Positions 27,415-37,439 of a stretch of 64,000 nucleotides of DNA are shown here, piece after piece. The stretch is from positions 13,463-77,462 of the forward strand of contig CAVZGR010000006.1 of assembly GCA_963774915.1 (NCBI GenBank), given 5' to 3'. Position numbers and translations under genes: made by a program. Below the pieces are notes generated by a model. The model had not been told where the DNA came from. It worked only from the letters and a program-made list of their open reading frames with translations, and made no database searches. Position 1 is the first letter of the stretch. Each line of letters starts with the position of its first letter. Source of the DNA: an uncultured Acidimicrobiaceae bacterium (lineage in GTDB: Bacteria; Actinomycetota; Acidimicrobiia; Acidimicrobiales; RAAP-2).

Positions 27415-28146
27415 GTGACCGTCTATCTGGTCGGTGCCGGGCCCGGTCATCCCGGCCTGCTCACCGTGCGAGCCGCCGAGCTGCTGGCCTCGGCCGACGT
27501 GGTGGTCCACGACCGACTCATCAGCGAGGAGGTGCTGGACCTCGTGCCCGCCGGTTGCCAGCAAATCGATGTCGGCAAGGCCGCCGGCTGGTCACCCATC
27601 ACGCAAGAAGAGATCAATGCTCTGCTCGTCGAGCACGGGCGCAGCGGACGAGAGGTGGTGCGGCTCAAGGGGGGCGACCCCTACGTCTTCGGACGGGGTG
27701 GCGAGGAGGCCGCCGCCCTCCTCCAGGCGCAGGTTCCCTTCGAGGTCGTGCCCGGAGTGTCGGCTGCGTTGGCTGCTCCGGCCGCGGCCGGTATCCCGGT
27801 CACCATGCGTCATCGGGCCCTGTCCTTCACGGTGGTCACCGGTCACGAGGACGAGACGGGGCCGGGCGGAGTCGACTGGGAGGGATTGGCTCGAACCGGC
27901 ACCACGCTCGTGATCCTCATGGGTGCCTCTCGGATGGGGACGATCGCCCGACGACTGATGGCCGGCGGATTGGCCCCGACGACACCCGTGACCGCGGTGC
28001 GGTGGGCGACCACCTGCCATCAGGAGGTCGTGCGCACCGACCTGGCTTCGGTAGAGAAGGTGGAGCTCGAATCGCCGACCACCGTGGTGGTGGGGGCGGT
28101 GGCCGACCTCGACCTGCGGTCGCTCCCCGAAGGCGGGCACGGCTAG
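27415..28146 (+). CDS. cobA: Uroporphyrinogen-III C-methyltransferase (SUMT)
   Basis: VYLVGAGPGHPGLLTVRA..L..ADVVVHDRL, VVRLKGGDPYVFGRGGEE, VPGVSAALAAPAAAGIPVT. The start codon is GTG. Confidence 0.9.
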   Translation: MTVYLVGAGPGHPGLLTVRAAELLASADVVVHDRLISEEVLDLVPAGCQQIDVGKAAGWSPITQEEINALLVEHGRSGREVVRLKGGDPYVFGRGGEEAAALLQAQVPFEVVPGVSAALAAPAAAGIPVTMRHRALSFTVVTGHEDETGPGGVDWEGLARTGTTLVILMGASRMGTIARRLMAGGLAPTTPVTAVRWATTCHQEVVRTDLASVEKVELESPTTVVVGAVADLDLRSLPEGGHG

Positions 28147-28157
28147 GGCCGGTCTCG

Positions 28158-29126
28158 TCAGCCCGGCGTCCGTTGCCCCTCGCGACGGTGGGGCTCGGAG
28201 TGGTCCCAGTCACCGAGCAGCGTGCGCAGCGCGGTGAGCAGGATGAGCGGCTGGTCGAGCATGGCGTGGTGACCGGCTTCGGGTAGCACGATGACCGGGG
28301 CAACCCGACCGAGGGCCTCGTACATCGAACGACCGATGTCGGCGGTCACAAGGCCGTGCTCCGAGCGAAGGAGGGCGAAGCGGCAGCGCACCTTGGAGAG
28401 GTAGGGGAGGGCCACGCTGCGGATGCCGCCGCCGAACTGGGCGAAGATGCCGCGGTCGAACTTCCACTGCCAGCCATCCTCCACCGGGCGGACGGAGTGG
28501 CGGGCCACGTGGTCGATCACGTAGTCGAGGTAATTGTCCTGGGCGGGCACGGTGCGGAAGTGGGCGATGGCGTCGGCCAACGTCGAATATCGCCGCGGGC
28601 GTCCGAAGGCCCGGCGCAATTGGTAGGCGCCGATTTCGGGGTCGGGTTCGGTGACCGGCGAGTCGCACACGATGGCGCCGCTCACCGCGTCCTCGTGGAG
28701 GGCGGCGGTGGCGATGGTCACGAAGCCGCCCATGCTGTGCCCGATGATCACCGGGCGTCCCGTCATCTCCCCGGCGGCCGCGACCGCCACCACCTCGTCG
28801 GTCCACTGCTCGAGCGAGTAGCTCGACCGGTGGCCGCTGTCGCCGTGACCGGACAGGTCGAGGGCCACCACCCGGAACTCGTCGCTGAAGGTGGCGGCCA
28901 CATGGGTCCACCAGTGGGCGTGGGCGCCACCGCCGTGCACGAAGACGAGGCCCCGCGCCCCGGCCGGCCCGAAGGCCAATGCATGGACGGGGCAGCCACC
29001 CACGTCCACCTCGAACTCGGTGGCCGGCACGGCCAGGGCCCGGTGGAACCAGGCCGGCGCCTCGGGCGGCGGGGGGTCGCGCTCGAGGTCGATCGCCGGG
29101 TCGGTCACGCCCTCCGATCTGAGCAC
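28158..29126 (-). CDS. Alpha/beta hydrolase
   Basis: LVFVHGGGAHAHWW, LDLSGHGDS, nucleophile elbow IIGHSMGG, and C-terminal PEAGHHAMLDQP. Confidence 0.8.
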   Translation of the reverse strand: MLRSEGVTDPAIDLERDPPPPEAPAWFHRALAVPATEFEVDVGGCPVHALAFGPAGARGLVFVHGGGAHAHWWTHVAATFSDEFRVVALDLSGHGDSGHRSSYSLEQWTDEVVAVAAAGEMTGRPVIIGHSMGGFVTIATAALHEDAVSGAIVCDSPVTEPDPEIGAYQLRRAFGRPRRYSTLADAIAHFRTVPAQDNYLDYVIDHVARHSVRPVEDGWQWKFDRGIFAQFGGGIRSVALPYLSKVRCRFALLRSEHGLVTADIGRSMYEALGRVAPVIVLPEAGHHAMLDQPLILLTALRTLLGDWDHSEPHRREGQRTPG

Positions 29127-29167
29127 ACCTGCGCCCGAGGTGGCCCACCGGTACCATCGGCGGCCCG

Positions 29168-29891
29168 ATGACCGGCCGCGTCGTCTTTGTCTGCGCTATG
29201 CCCATGGAGATGGCGCCGCTCCGGCGGCGGCTCTCGCTGCGGACCGGTGATTCCCGCCCGCCGCAGCTGTTCGACGGCGTGCTCGACGGCAAGCCGATCG
29301 CCGCGGTCACGACCGGCATGGGGCCGGCTCTGGCCCGGCGGGGGCTCGACCGGCTCTTCGAGACGGTCGACGTCGAGCGGGTGGTGGTCGTGGGCATCAC
29401 CGGGGCGGTCGACGACATCACGCCGATCGGCACCGTCATCCTCCCCGAGAAGGTGGTCGACGGGTCGACGGGCACCGCCTATCACCCGCATCCACTCGGC
29501 GGCGGTGACCATGCCGGCATCATGTGGACGACCGACGAGCTCATCACCGACCTCGAACGGATCGCATCGTTGCGCGGCTCAGGGAGTGGTTTCCCTCGAC
29601 ATGGAGACGGCCGCCATCGGTGCGGCGTGTGACGACCGCGGGCTTCCGTGGTCGGTGGTGCGGGTGATCAGCGACCGGGCCAGCGACGGATCGGTCGACC
29701 AGGAGCTCTTCGCCATGAGCAACCAGGACGGCACTCCCAATCCGCGTGCCGTGTTCTCGTATGTGGCGCGGCACCCCAACCGGCTTCCGAGGCTGGCCCG
29801 CATGGGCCGCCGGGTTCGGTTGGCCACCCACCTGGCCGCCGACCGGGCCGTCGACGCCGTGCGCCAGCAGTGGCGGACCGACGAGCCATGA
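29168..29891 (+). pseudogene. Nucleoside phosphorylase-family protein (MTA/SAH-nucleosidase-like), one frameshift
   Basis: The N-part is VVFVCAMPMEMAPL...TTGMGPALA...VVVGITGAV. The frame switches near 29570 (ERIASL | AAQGVVSLDMETAAIGAAC...VVRVISD). The stop overlaps the next ATG as ATGA. Confidence 0.7.
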
Positions 29892-31542
29892 GCTCCACCA
29901 CCCCGACGAGCGCTCCGCGCACGGCGGCCGAGCTCGTGGCCTCGCGGGTCGGGGACCCGGGCGGCGGCATCATCTTCGAAGGGCGACGCTGGTCATGGGA
30001 CGAGGCGACGGCGGCCATGACCGAGTACGCCGGTTGGCTGGCCACCTACACCGAGGGCCGAATCCCCCATGTGGGCGTCCTGCTCGACAACGTCCCCGAG
30101 TTCCTCTTTGTGCTCGGCGGCGGCTTCCTCGGGGGGACGGTCACCGTCGGCCTCAATTCGACACGGCGGGGGACTGAGCTGGCCCGCGACATCGCCCATG
30201 TGGACTGCGCCGTGGTCGTGACCGATGCCGAACATCGACCGCTCCTCGACGGGCTCGACCTCGGCGGCATTCCCGTGGTCGATGTGAACGAGCGCCCTTC
30301 GGGTCCGGCGTCTCCGCCGCCGACGCGGGCCCGACCGGCGGCCGACGACCTGGCGCTCTTGCTGTTCACGGCCGGCTCGACCGGGACGCCCAAGGCCGTG
30401 CGGGTGACCCAGGGCCGGTTGGCCCGTTCGGGCCGCGGGGCCGGGTTCAGCGCCTCCGACGTCTTCTATTGCGCCATGCCGCTCTTCCACGGCAACGCCC
30501 TCTTCTCGAGCGTGCTGCCGGCCATGGGCACGGGGGCGACGGTGGTGTTGCGCCGCCGATTTTCGGCGTCGGCCACCATGCCGGAGATCCGGGCCACGGG
30601 CACGACGTTCTTCGCCACCATCGGCCGAGCCCTCTCCTTTGTCCTGGCCACGCCACCCGACCCGGCCGACCGCGACCACCGTCTCAAGGTGGTGCTCGCC
30701 CCCGAGTCGTCGGTTGCCGACATGGAGAGCTTCGAGCGTCGCTTCGGGGTACCCGTCATCGCCGGCTATGGCTCGAGCGAGAACGCAGTGATCTTCGTTC
30801 CCAAGCCCGGGTTGCCACGCGAGGCTCTCGGGGTGCCGCTCCGCGGCCTCGACGTGGCCGTGGTGGCGGTCGAGACCGGTGAGGAATGCGAGCGGGCCCG
30901 CTTCGACGGGAAGGGCCGCATGCTCAACGCCGCCGCGGCCACCGGCGAGATCGTGGGTCGGAACGCCCTCGGCTACTTCGAGGGCTACTACAACAACGCC
31001 GATGCCGAAGCGGCCCGGGCCCGCAACGGTTGGTACTGGACCGGGGACCTCGGTTACCGCGACGAGGACGGCGTCTTCTACTTCGCCGGTCGCAACGTCG
31101 ACTGGCTGCGGGTGGACGGTGAGAACTTCGCCGCCGCCCCGCTCGAGCGCCTTCTCGTCCGCTACCCAGCGGCCACCGGCGTGGCCGTGGTCGGTGTACC
31201 CGACGAGCGCACGGTCGACGACCAGGTGATGGCCGTCCTCGAGATGCCCGATCCCGCCTCCTTCGACCCGGCCGACTTCGACACCTTCCTCGATGCGCAG
31301 CCCGACCTCGGGACGAAGTGGTCGCCACGCTACGTGCGGCTGGTCGATGCGCTTCCGGTCGGTGCCACCAACAAGATCGACAAGCGATCACTTCGAGCCG
31401 ACAGCTGGCGGGCCGACGGCCCGGTCTTCTGGCGCCCGGTCCGAGGTCAGCCGCTCCGCCCCCTTACCACCGACGACGTCGAGCCGAGCTCGAGCGGTCG
31501 TTCGCCGAGCACCGCGGCCCGGCCTCCTCGGCCGAGCGATGA
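29888..31542 (+). pseudogene. Acyl-CoA synthetase / AMP-dependent ligase (FadD-like), C-terminal frameshift
   Basis: AMP-binding motifs LLFTAGSTGTPKAV, GYGSSEN, WYWTGDLGYRDEDGVFYFAGR, and NKIDKR. Near 31478 the natural continuation (A)ELERSFAEHRGPASSAER* lies in the +1 frame. In the uninterrupted frame the ORF runs on to 32137 across the next gene, producing the artefactual 829-aa ORF. Confidence 0.85.
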
Positions 31543-31607
31543 GTTTTGGGTAGGAGACCCGTCACATCGATCGACGCAACCGACGGTGCCAAACGAAAGG
31601 AGCGAGC

Positions 31608-31994
31608 GTGCCGCAGATCACACAAGTAGGCAGGGTGCTCGTCCCGGTGGAGGACCAGGACGAAGCCATTGCCTTCTACACCGAGAAGCTCGGCTTCACC
31701 CTGGCCTCGGACATCCCCTTCGGCGAGGGTTCGCGCTGGGTCGAGGTCGCCTCACCCGGCGGTACGACCAATTTGGCGCTCGTGCCGCCTCAGGGCCAGT
31801 TCACCGCGGGTCGCATGACCGGCATCGGCCTCGTGTCGTCGGATCCTCGGGCCGATTACGCCGAGCTCAAGGCGAACGGGGTCGACGTCGACGACGAGAT
31901 CATGGGCGGCGAGGGCGGCGTGCCGCTTCTGTTCTTCTTCCGGGACAACAACGGCAACCAGCTGCTTCTGGCCGAGGACCGCCAGGAAGGCTGA
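31608..31994 (+). CDS. VOC-family (glyoxalase/bleomycin-resistance fold) protein
   Basis: VLVPVEDQDEAIAFYTEKLGF...RWVEV...FFFRDNNGNQLLL. The start codon is GTG. Confidence 0.8.
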   Translation: MPQITQVGRVLVPVEDQDEAIAFYTEKLGFTLASDIPFGEGSRWVEVASPGGTTNLALVPPQGQFTAGRMTGIGLVSSDPRADYAELKANGVDVDDEIMGGEGGVPLLFFFRDNNGNQLLLAEDRQEG

Positions 31995-32013
31995 GCACCG
32001 GACCGGTCCGGGG

Positions 32014-33099
32014 TCACATCACGACGACGGAGCGCAGCACCTCGCCTCGTTGCATGCGGCCGAAGGCCTCCTCGACGTCGTCGATGCCGATGGTCTCGGT
32101 GACGAACCGGTCGAGGTCGAGGCGACCCTGCAGATAGAGGTCCACGAGCATCGGGAAGTCGCGGGACGGAAGGCAGTCGCCGTACCAGCTGGGCGCAAGC
32201 CGTCCGCCCCGCCCGAAGAACTCGATCATGGGCAGGTCGATGCGCATGTCGGGGGTGGGCACTCCTACCTGCACGAGGGTGCCGGCCAGGTCCCGAGCGA
32301 AGAAGGCCTGTTCCATGACCGACGGGTGCCCGACGGCCTCGATGCAGACGTCGGCCCCGTTGCCAGCGGTGAGCTCGCGAATGCGGACGACCGGATCGAC
32401 GGTCGAGGCGTCGACCACATGGGTGGCGCCGAACTGGAGGGCCGGCTCGAGCTTCCGGGCATCGAGGTCGACGGCGATGATGGTCGACGCCCCGACCAGT
32501 CGTGCCCCGGCGATGGCCGCGCAGCCCACCCCACCGCAGCCGAAGACGGCCACCGAGTCGCCAACGCCGACCTCACCGGTGTTCATGGCCGCTCCCAAGC
32601 CGGCCATCACCCCGCATCCGAGGAGACCGACCGCTTCGGGCCGAGCCGACGGGTCGACCTTGGTGCACTGCCCGGCGGCCACCAGCGTCTTCTCGGCAAA
32701 GGCGCCGATGCCGAGGGCGGGGCTGAGCGGCCTGCCATCGGCCAGGGTCATGGGCTGGGTGGCGTTGTGGGTGTCGAAGCAGTACCAGGGCCGGCCCCGG
32801 CGACACGCCCGGCATTCGCCGCACACTGCCCGCCAGTTGAGGACGACGAAGTCGCCGGGGGCGAGCGAAGTGACGTCGGGCCCCACCGCCTCGACCCTCC
32901 CGGCCGCCTCATGACCGAGGAGGAAGGGGAAGTCGTCGTTGATCCCACCCTCGCGGTAGTGCAGGTCGGTGTGGCATACGCCGCAAGCCTGGACGTCGAC
33001 CACCGCCTCACCCGGTCCCGGGTCGGGGACGATCACCGTGGTCACAGCGACCGGCTCCCCCTTGGCCATGGCCACGACTCCTCGGACCTCAGCTGCCAT
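32014..33099 (-). CDS. Zn-dependent class III alcohol dehydrogenase, S-(hydroxymethyl)mycothiol dehydrogenase-like
   Basis: ATG 33099 gives [17 protein letters not shown]...[12 protein letters not shown]...[17 protein letters not shown]...[15 protein letters not shown]...[12 protein letters not shown]. The upstream ORF extension overlaps the HAD gene and is not protein-like. Confidence 0.85.
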   Translation of the reverse strand: MAAEVRGVVAMAKGEPVAVTTVIVPDPGPGEAVVDVQACGVCHTDLHYREGGINDDFPFLLGHEAAGRVEAVGPDVTSLAPGDFVVLNWRAVCGECRACRRGRPWYCFDTHNATQPMTLADGRPLSPALGIGAFAEKTLVAAGQCTKVDPSARPEAVGLLGCGVMAGLGAAMNTGEVGVGDSVAVFGCGGVGCAAIAGARLVGASTIIAVDLDARKLEPALQFGATHVVDASTVDPVVRIRELTAGNGADVCIEAVGHPSVMEQAFFARDLAGTLVQVGVPTPDMRIDLPMIEFFGRGGRLAPSWYGDCLPSRDFPMLVDLYLQGRLDLDRFVTETIGIDDVEEAFGRMQRGEVLRSVVVM

Positions 33100-33817
33100 C
33101 AGCGTGCTCCTTGTCGGATCGGGAACGGGGACCGACGGGAGGTCGGACGCCCCTTGGGGTCCCACCATCATCCTTCCGACCAACGGGTGGGGGCACGAGG
33201 ACCCCGAGACGGACGAGCTCCTGCCTGGCCTCCTCCGGGCCCCGGACCCGGGCGGCCTGCATGCCGACCGATCGGGCGCCGTCGACGTTGAGCTGACTGT
33301 CGTCGAGCAGCACGATCCGCTCGGCAGGCACGCCCAGCGCGCCCACGACATGCTCGAAGATGGCGGCATCCGGCTTCACCATTCCCAACCGATAGGAGAG
33401 GAACACCGTCTCGAAGAGGTCGTCCAAGCCCCATCGTTCGAAACAGGACTCCCAGTGCGGCGCGTTGGTATTGCTCAAGCAGGCCACCACACGCGCCTCG
33501 GAGGTGTCCGCCACCAGTTGGGCGGCGCCTTCGAACAGCGATCGAGGCCAGCCCATGAACGACTCGAGGAAGGCATCGGTCCCGACCGGTAGGTCCCAGT
33601 CGGCGATGACTCCAGCGGCGAATTCTTCGGCGCTGCAGCCGCCCGATTCGAACTGACGCACCCATCGGCACTCGAGCCAACGCCGCATGACGTCGTCGCC
33701 GTCATCGATCTCGGACAGGCGTCGCATGTCCTCGACACCACGCAGCTCGACGAGCACGCCGCCGAGGTCGAAGAGCACGACATCGATCGGCGGGTCGTCC
33801 TCAGGCCATGGAGGCAA
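33089..33817 (-). CDS. HAD-superfamily hydrolase
   Basis: Motif [12 protein letters not shown], motif II ACLSNTN, motif III/IV MVKPD...[17 protein letters not shown] at 33817 is the nearest in-frame start; start uncertain. Confidence 0.7.
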   Translation of the reverse strand: MPPWPEDDPPIDVVLFDLGGVLVELRGVEDMRRLSEIDDGDDVMRRWLECRWVRQFESGGCSAEEFAAGVIADWDLPVGTDAFLESFMGWPRSLFEGAAQLVADTSEARVVACLSNTNAPHWESCFERWGLDDLFETVFLSYRLGMVKPDAAIFEHVVGALGVPAERIVLLDDSQLNVDGARSVGMQAARVRGPEEARQELVRLGVLVPPPVGRKDDGGTPRGVRPPVGPRSRSDKEHADGS

Positions 33818-35158
33818 CGATCTCCTCGATGAGGGCAGCCGTCGTGTCCGGATGGAGCAAGGCCAGCCGGCCGACGGGCTCTCCCTCCCAGATGGTGGGG
33901 GCGGCGAAGGCCACTTGGTCGGCAAGCAGTCGGCTCGACCACGACTCGTAGTCGGACCACTCCCATCCGCGCCGCCGGTAGAGGACGATCGAGAGATCGG
34001 GCCGACGGATGAGATCGAGGTGGGGCGCGTCGTCGATGATGTCGGCGGTCTGTTGGGTCATGGCCAGCACCGCCTCGATGGCGTCGCAGTAGGCGTCGGT
34101 GCCGTTGGTGGCCAATGAGAACCAGAGCGGTAGCCCCCGCGCCCGTCGAGTGAGGTGATAGGCGTAATCGCTCGGATTCCACTCCTCGGACTCGTGGATG
34201 ACGTCGAGGTACGCGGCGTCCTGGGTGTGGATGGCCTTGGCCAGGTTCGGCTGCCGGTAGATGAGCCCGGCGCAGTCGAACGGGGCGAACAGCCATTTGT
34301 GGGGGTCGACGACGAAGGAGTCGGCCCGCTCGATGCCTCGGAACCGATGGCGGACCGAAGGGGCGAAGAGGGCGGCCGCCCCGTAGGCGCCGTCGACGTG
34401 AAACCAGAGTGAGCGTTCACTGGCGACGTCGGCCACGCCGGAGAGGTCGTCGATGAGGCCGGCATTGGTGGTGCCCGCCGTCGCCACCACCCCGACCACG
34501 TCGGCGCCGGCATGGTGCCGGTCGATGGCCTGCGCCAAGCCGGTCCCGGTGAGGCGATGGTCGTCACAGGGAACGAGGAGGGCCTCGACGCCCAGCACCC
34601 GCAGGGCTTTGCCCACCGAGGAGTGGGCCTCCTCGCTGATGGCCACGAGCGGCCGGTCGGGAGCGGTCCCGCCCCGGCGGTAGGCGGCCGTGTCGCGGGC
34701 CACCATGAGCGCCGAGAGGTTCCCGGCCGAACCACCCGAGACGAAACAGCCGCCCGCGCTCGTCGGGAGGCCGGCAACTTGGGCCAGGACGCAAGGGCCT
34801 GGTTTTCGGCGGCCACCGCCCCGGCCGCCTCCATCCACGACGTCGCCTGTAGCGACGAGCAGGCCACCACCATGTCGAAGAGCAGCGCCGCCTTGGTGGG
34901 CGCGGCCGGGATGAAGGACAGGAATCGCGGGCTGTCGCAGGAGACAACGGCAGTGGCCAGGTGATGGTCGAAGACCTCCATGACCCGCTTGGGGTCCGTG
35001 CCCTCGGCGTTGATGAGGCCGTCGAGCACAGCCTCGAGCGACGACGCCTTGGTCCCGCCGAAATCGAGAGGAACGGGATCGAGGGAGAGTCGCCACCGGC
35101 AGTAATCGAAGATGAGCTCGGTCAGCTTCTCGTCGTAGACGAACATCGGGTTGCCCAT
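33801..35158 (-). pseudogene. Group II PLP-dependent (aromatic-amino-acid/glutamate-type) decarboxylase, one frameshift
   Basis: The N-part is MGNPMFVYDEKL...SPRFLSFIPAAPTKAALLFDMVV...AVAAENQAL. The frame switches near 34795. It continues VLAQVAGLPTSAGGCFVSGGSAGNLSALMVARD...VVATAGTTNAG.IDD...FHVDGAYG...SFVVDPHKWLF (PLP lysine). Confidence 0.85.
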
Positions 35159-35242
35159 GGACAGCTCCACCTCCTGGGCCCATGTTCGCAGATGACCCGG
35201 CGAGCACCACCCACGGGCCACCTTCCACGGCCCGATAGGGGT

Positions 35243-35859
35243 TCAGCCGCCGGCCGGGTGCTCCACCGATGAGGACCGGTGCACCGAGACGGCGTAGTCA
35301 CCACCACGGAACGGGTCGCCGGCCCACGTGGCCGAGCGCTCCGGCAAGAACGAGACCGGCGGCGCGGCAGTGCTCGTCGTAGTCCTCGAGCGTGTAGCCG
35401 CGATCGAGCTGGAACCCGCTGACGAGCAGTCCGTCGGCGCGCCAGATGTCGCGCGCACCCGGCCACCAGTGGCCCCCGGTTGGCCGGCGGCGTGAACAGT
35501 GGGACGTTGCCAGCCATGACCACCACGTCGAAGGTGCGTCCGAGGTCGAGGACGGCCACGTCCCCGAGGTACCAGTCGAGGTCGGGGGCGAGCTCGCGGG
35601 CAGTGGCCACCATCGAAGCGTCGACATCGACGCCGGCGACGTCGATCCCGCGCCGGGCGAGCTCGCGGGCCACCCGTCCCGTGCCACAACCGGCATCGAG
35701 GACGGAGCCGGGCCCGAGTGCGACCACGAAGTCGGCCTCGCCGTGCACGTCGACACCGGAAGCGGCCAGGCGGTCGAAGCGCTCCTGGTACTCCTGGCCG
35801 GACCACTGCCGGCCGGAGCCGACACCGCAGTCCGGCCGGCCGTCGCCGCTCACGCGCAT
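35243..35859 (-). pseudogene. Class I SAM-dependent methyltransferase, 2 frameshifts
   Basis: Motif I VLDAGCGTGRVARELARRGIDVAGVD, then DVVVMAGNV. The frames switch near 35440 (...GCARHL | ADGLLVSGFQLDRGYTLEDYDEHCRAAGLVLA) and near 35340 (| ERSATWAGDPFRGGDYAVSVHR). Confidence 0.75.
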
Positions 35860-36914
35860 CCGGTGGGAGGGAAGAGCGAGAGCTGTGGCACGTCGACTCC
35901 GGCCAGCGGCTCGTACCCGGGGAGCCGCGACATGGGCGTGTCGAGGTAGACCTTGGCCTCTGGCGGCTGGGCGAAGCGCCCATGGCTCCAGCGGATCTCC
36001 ACGTGCCCGTCCACCGACCCGGTGGTCCCGTCGGACCGGTGCCGGTAGACGGCGGACCAGTCGACCCTCGGCTGACCGGCCTCGGCCGGCACCACCGAGA
36101 ACGCGGTGAGCTCGAACTGGTGGCGCCATTCCCATGGGTCGGCGATGCGAAACCGCGCCGGCCGGTTGCTGCGCCGGTCCTGACCGAGCACGAAGTACGG
36201 GGCGCTGCCGATCCGGAGCAGCCGCCAGAGCATGGTCTCGGCTGCGGTGCCGGTCGCCTCGAGGTGGTGCTGCCAGCGCTCGGCGGACGACCGGGCCACC
36301 GTTCGGCACAGCCGCCGGTAGGCCTCACGCGAGGCTTCGTCGGGGTAGGCCCGCCCGGTGAGGGCTCGCTGCAGTATCTGCAGCTGGTCCTTGGCGCATT
36401 CCGAGTGCCGGTCGGGAAGGCCCACAAGACCGGTGGCGGCCACACAGGCTCGGTAGAGCTCGGCCAGCTCGACGGGCGCGCTTACCTCGTACCAGTCGGT
36501 CCGGTCCCAGCTGGCCGTCGGTGAGAGCAGCCCCTCGAACAGTCGGCCGGGCGACGCGTTGGCCAGGATGTCCGACTCGTACTTGCAACTCACCAGATAG
36601 ACGTGGTCGATGCGCAGGTCGATGGGTGCGACCTCGTCGCCGGGCGGTCGACGTCCTCCCGTCCATTCGATGCCCATGGGCGGTCGGCGCCGGAGGGCGT
36701 CGGGAGCCTCGAGGAAAGCCCGGCCGTTGGCGAAGGACTGGCCCAGCTCCGAGCTCAACCGACCGCTGCGGCAGATGGCATCGAGGTCGGACCAGACGCG
36801 TTCGCCGATGTGGAGCGTTGCCGGCCGGGCGGTGATGGCGGCCCGCGCATCGGGGAACGCCAACATGCCGAGGGCGGTGCCGAGCTCGGTCACCGTCGTC
36901 CGGTCGTCAGGCAC
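35850..36914 (-). CDS. Hypothetical 354-aa protein; candidate PD-(D/E)xK-type endonuclease partner of the adjacent DNA methyltransferase
   Basis: Intact, high-GC3 ORF, the last gene of the MTase cluster. It contains APIDLRIDHVYLVSCKYESD (a PD...(S)xK-like spacing). No family recognised, so the functional call is inference from context only. Confidence 0.45.
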   Translation of the reverse strand: MPDDRTTVTELGTALGMLAFPDARAAITARPATLHIGERVWSDLDAICRSGRLSSELGQSFANGRAFLEAPDALRRRPPMGIEWTGGRRPPGDEVAPIDLRIDHVYLVSCKYESDILANASPGRLFEGLLSPTASWDRTDWYEVSAPVELAELYRACVAATGLVGLPDRHSECAKDQLQILQRALTGRAYPDEASREAYRRLCRTVARSSAERWQHHLEATGTAAETMLWRLLRIGSAPYFVLGQDRRSNRPARFRIADPWEWRHQFELTAFSVVPAEAGQPRVDWSAVYRHRSDGTTGSVDGHVEIRWSHGRFAQPPEAKVYLDTPMSRLPGYEPLAGVDVPQLSLFPPTGCA

Positions 36915-36970
36915 CGGGGTGGACGCTCCCTGTGGTCGTCGATTTCCCGAACACTCGCAGAGCGGTCAGC

Positions 36971-37417
36971 TCAGCCCCGTCCACTCGTGCGCGGCCGACG
37001 CGCCGAGCGAACGCCGGCGTGGCCGGCCAGTCGCTCGCTGTCCGTCGGGTCGAACAGCACGACGACGTCACGAATGGGTCCGTCGCCGTCTGTGCCCGCG
37101 GCGGTGGCGAGCGCACGAAGCGTCGGTGAACCGGGCTGCGGTGCATCGGTCGTGAGGAGCACGAGCGGACCGAGGTCGCTTCGCTCGCCGTGCCGGCGCG
37201 CCTCGTGCAGGACGGCGGCTTTGCCCAGCGCCCGCCACACCACGTCGGGGCGCCGTAGCCCCGGCCGCGTCGCCGAGAAGGCGCCGCACAATTCGAACAG
37301 CCAGAAGGCGCCGTCCGCATCCCGGGCCCGGAAGTCGACGGAAAGTCCGAGGTTGCGCACGGCCACCCCGGCCTCGATGTCGCAGAACCCGCAAGCCTCG
37401 AGGATGGCCCGGGCCAC
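36971..37417 (-). CDS. Hypothetical small protein (~148 aa) between the DNA MTase and the 354-aa orphan; possibly a frameshift-separated C-terminal domain of the MTase
   Basis: The well-behaved reading is ...ALDVARAILEACGFCDIEAGVAVRNLGLSVDFRARDADGAFWLFELCGAFSATRPGLRRPDVVWRALGKAAVL...VLLTTDAP.... The same frame stays protein-like (REGERRRKAAKAKGRPRAAAGSAVDLRAATELRDGG) up to about 37570, overlapping the low-complexity tail of the MTase ORF. GTG 37417 is the first start downstream of the MTase stop. Confidence 0.45.
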   Translation of the reverse strand: MARAILEACGFCDIEAGVAVRNLGLSVDFRARDADGAFWLFELCGAFSATRPGLRRPDVVWRALGKAAVLHEARRHGERSDLGPLVLLTTDAPQPGSPTLRALATAAGTDGDGPIRDVVVLFDPTDSERLAGHAGVRSARRPRTSGRG

Positions 37418-37439
37418 ATCGAGGGCCTTGGCCCCGCCG

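Noticed and set aside
29648-32137. 829-aa ORF that looks like a giant fusion spanning the acyl-CoA synthetase and the next gene.
   Set aside because: Upstream of ATG 29888 and downstream of about 31478 the translation is Arg/Pro-rich junk. It overlaps the well-formed VOC gene (31608..31994) in another frame. The natural C-terminus (...AELERSFAEHRGPASSAER*) lies one frame over, so this is a frameshift read-through artefact.
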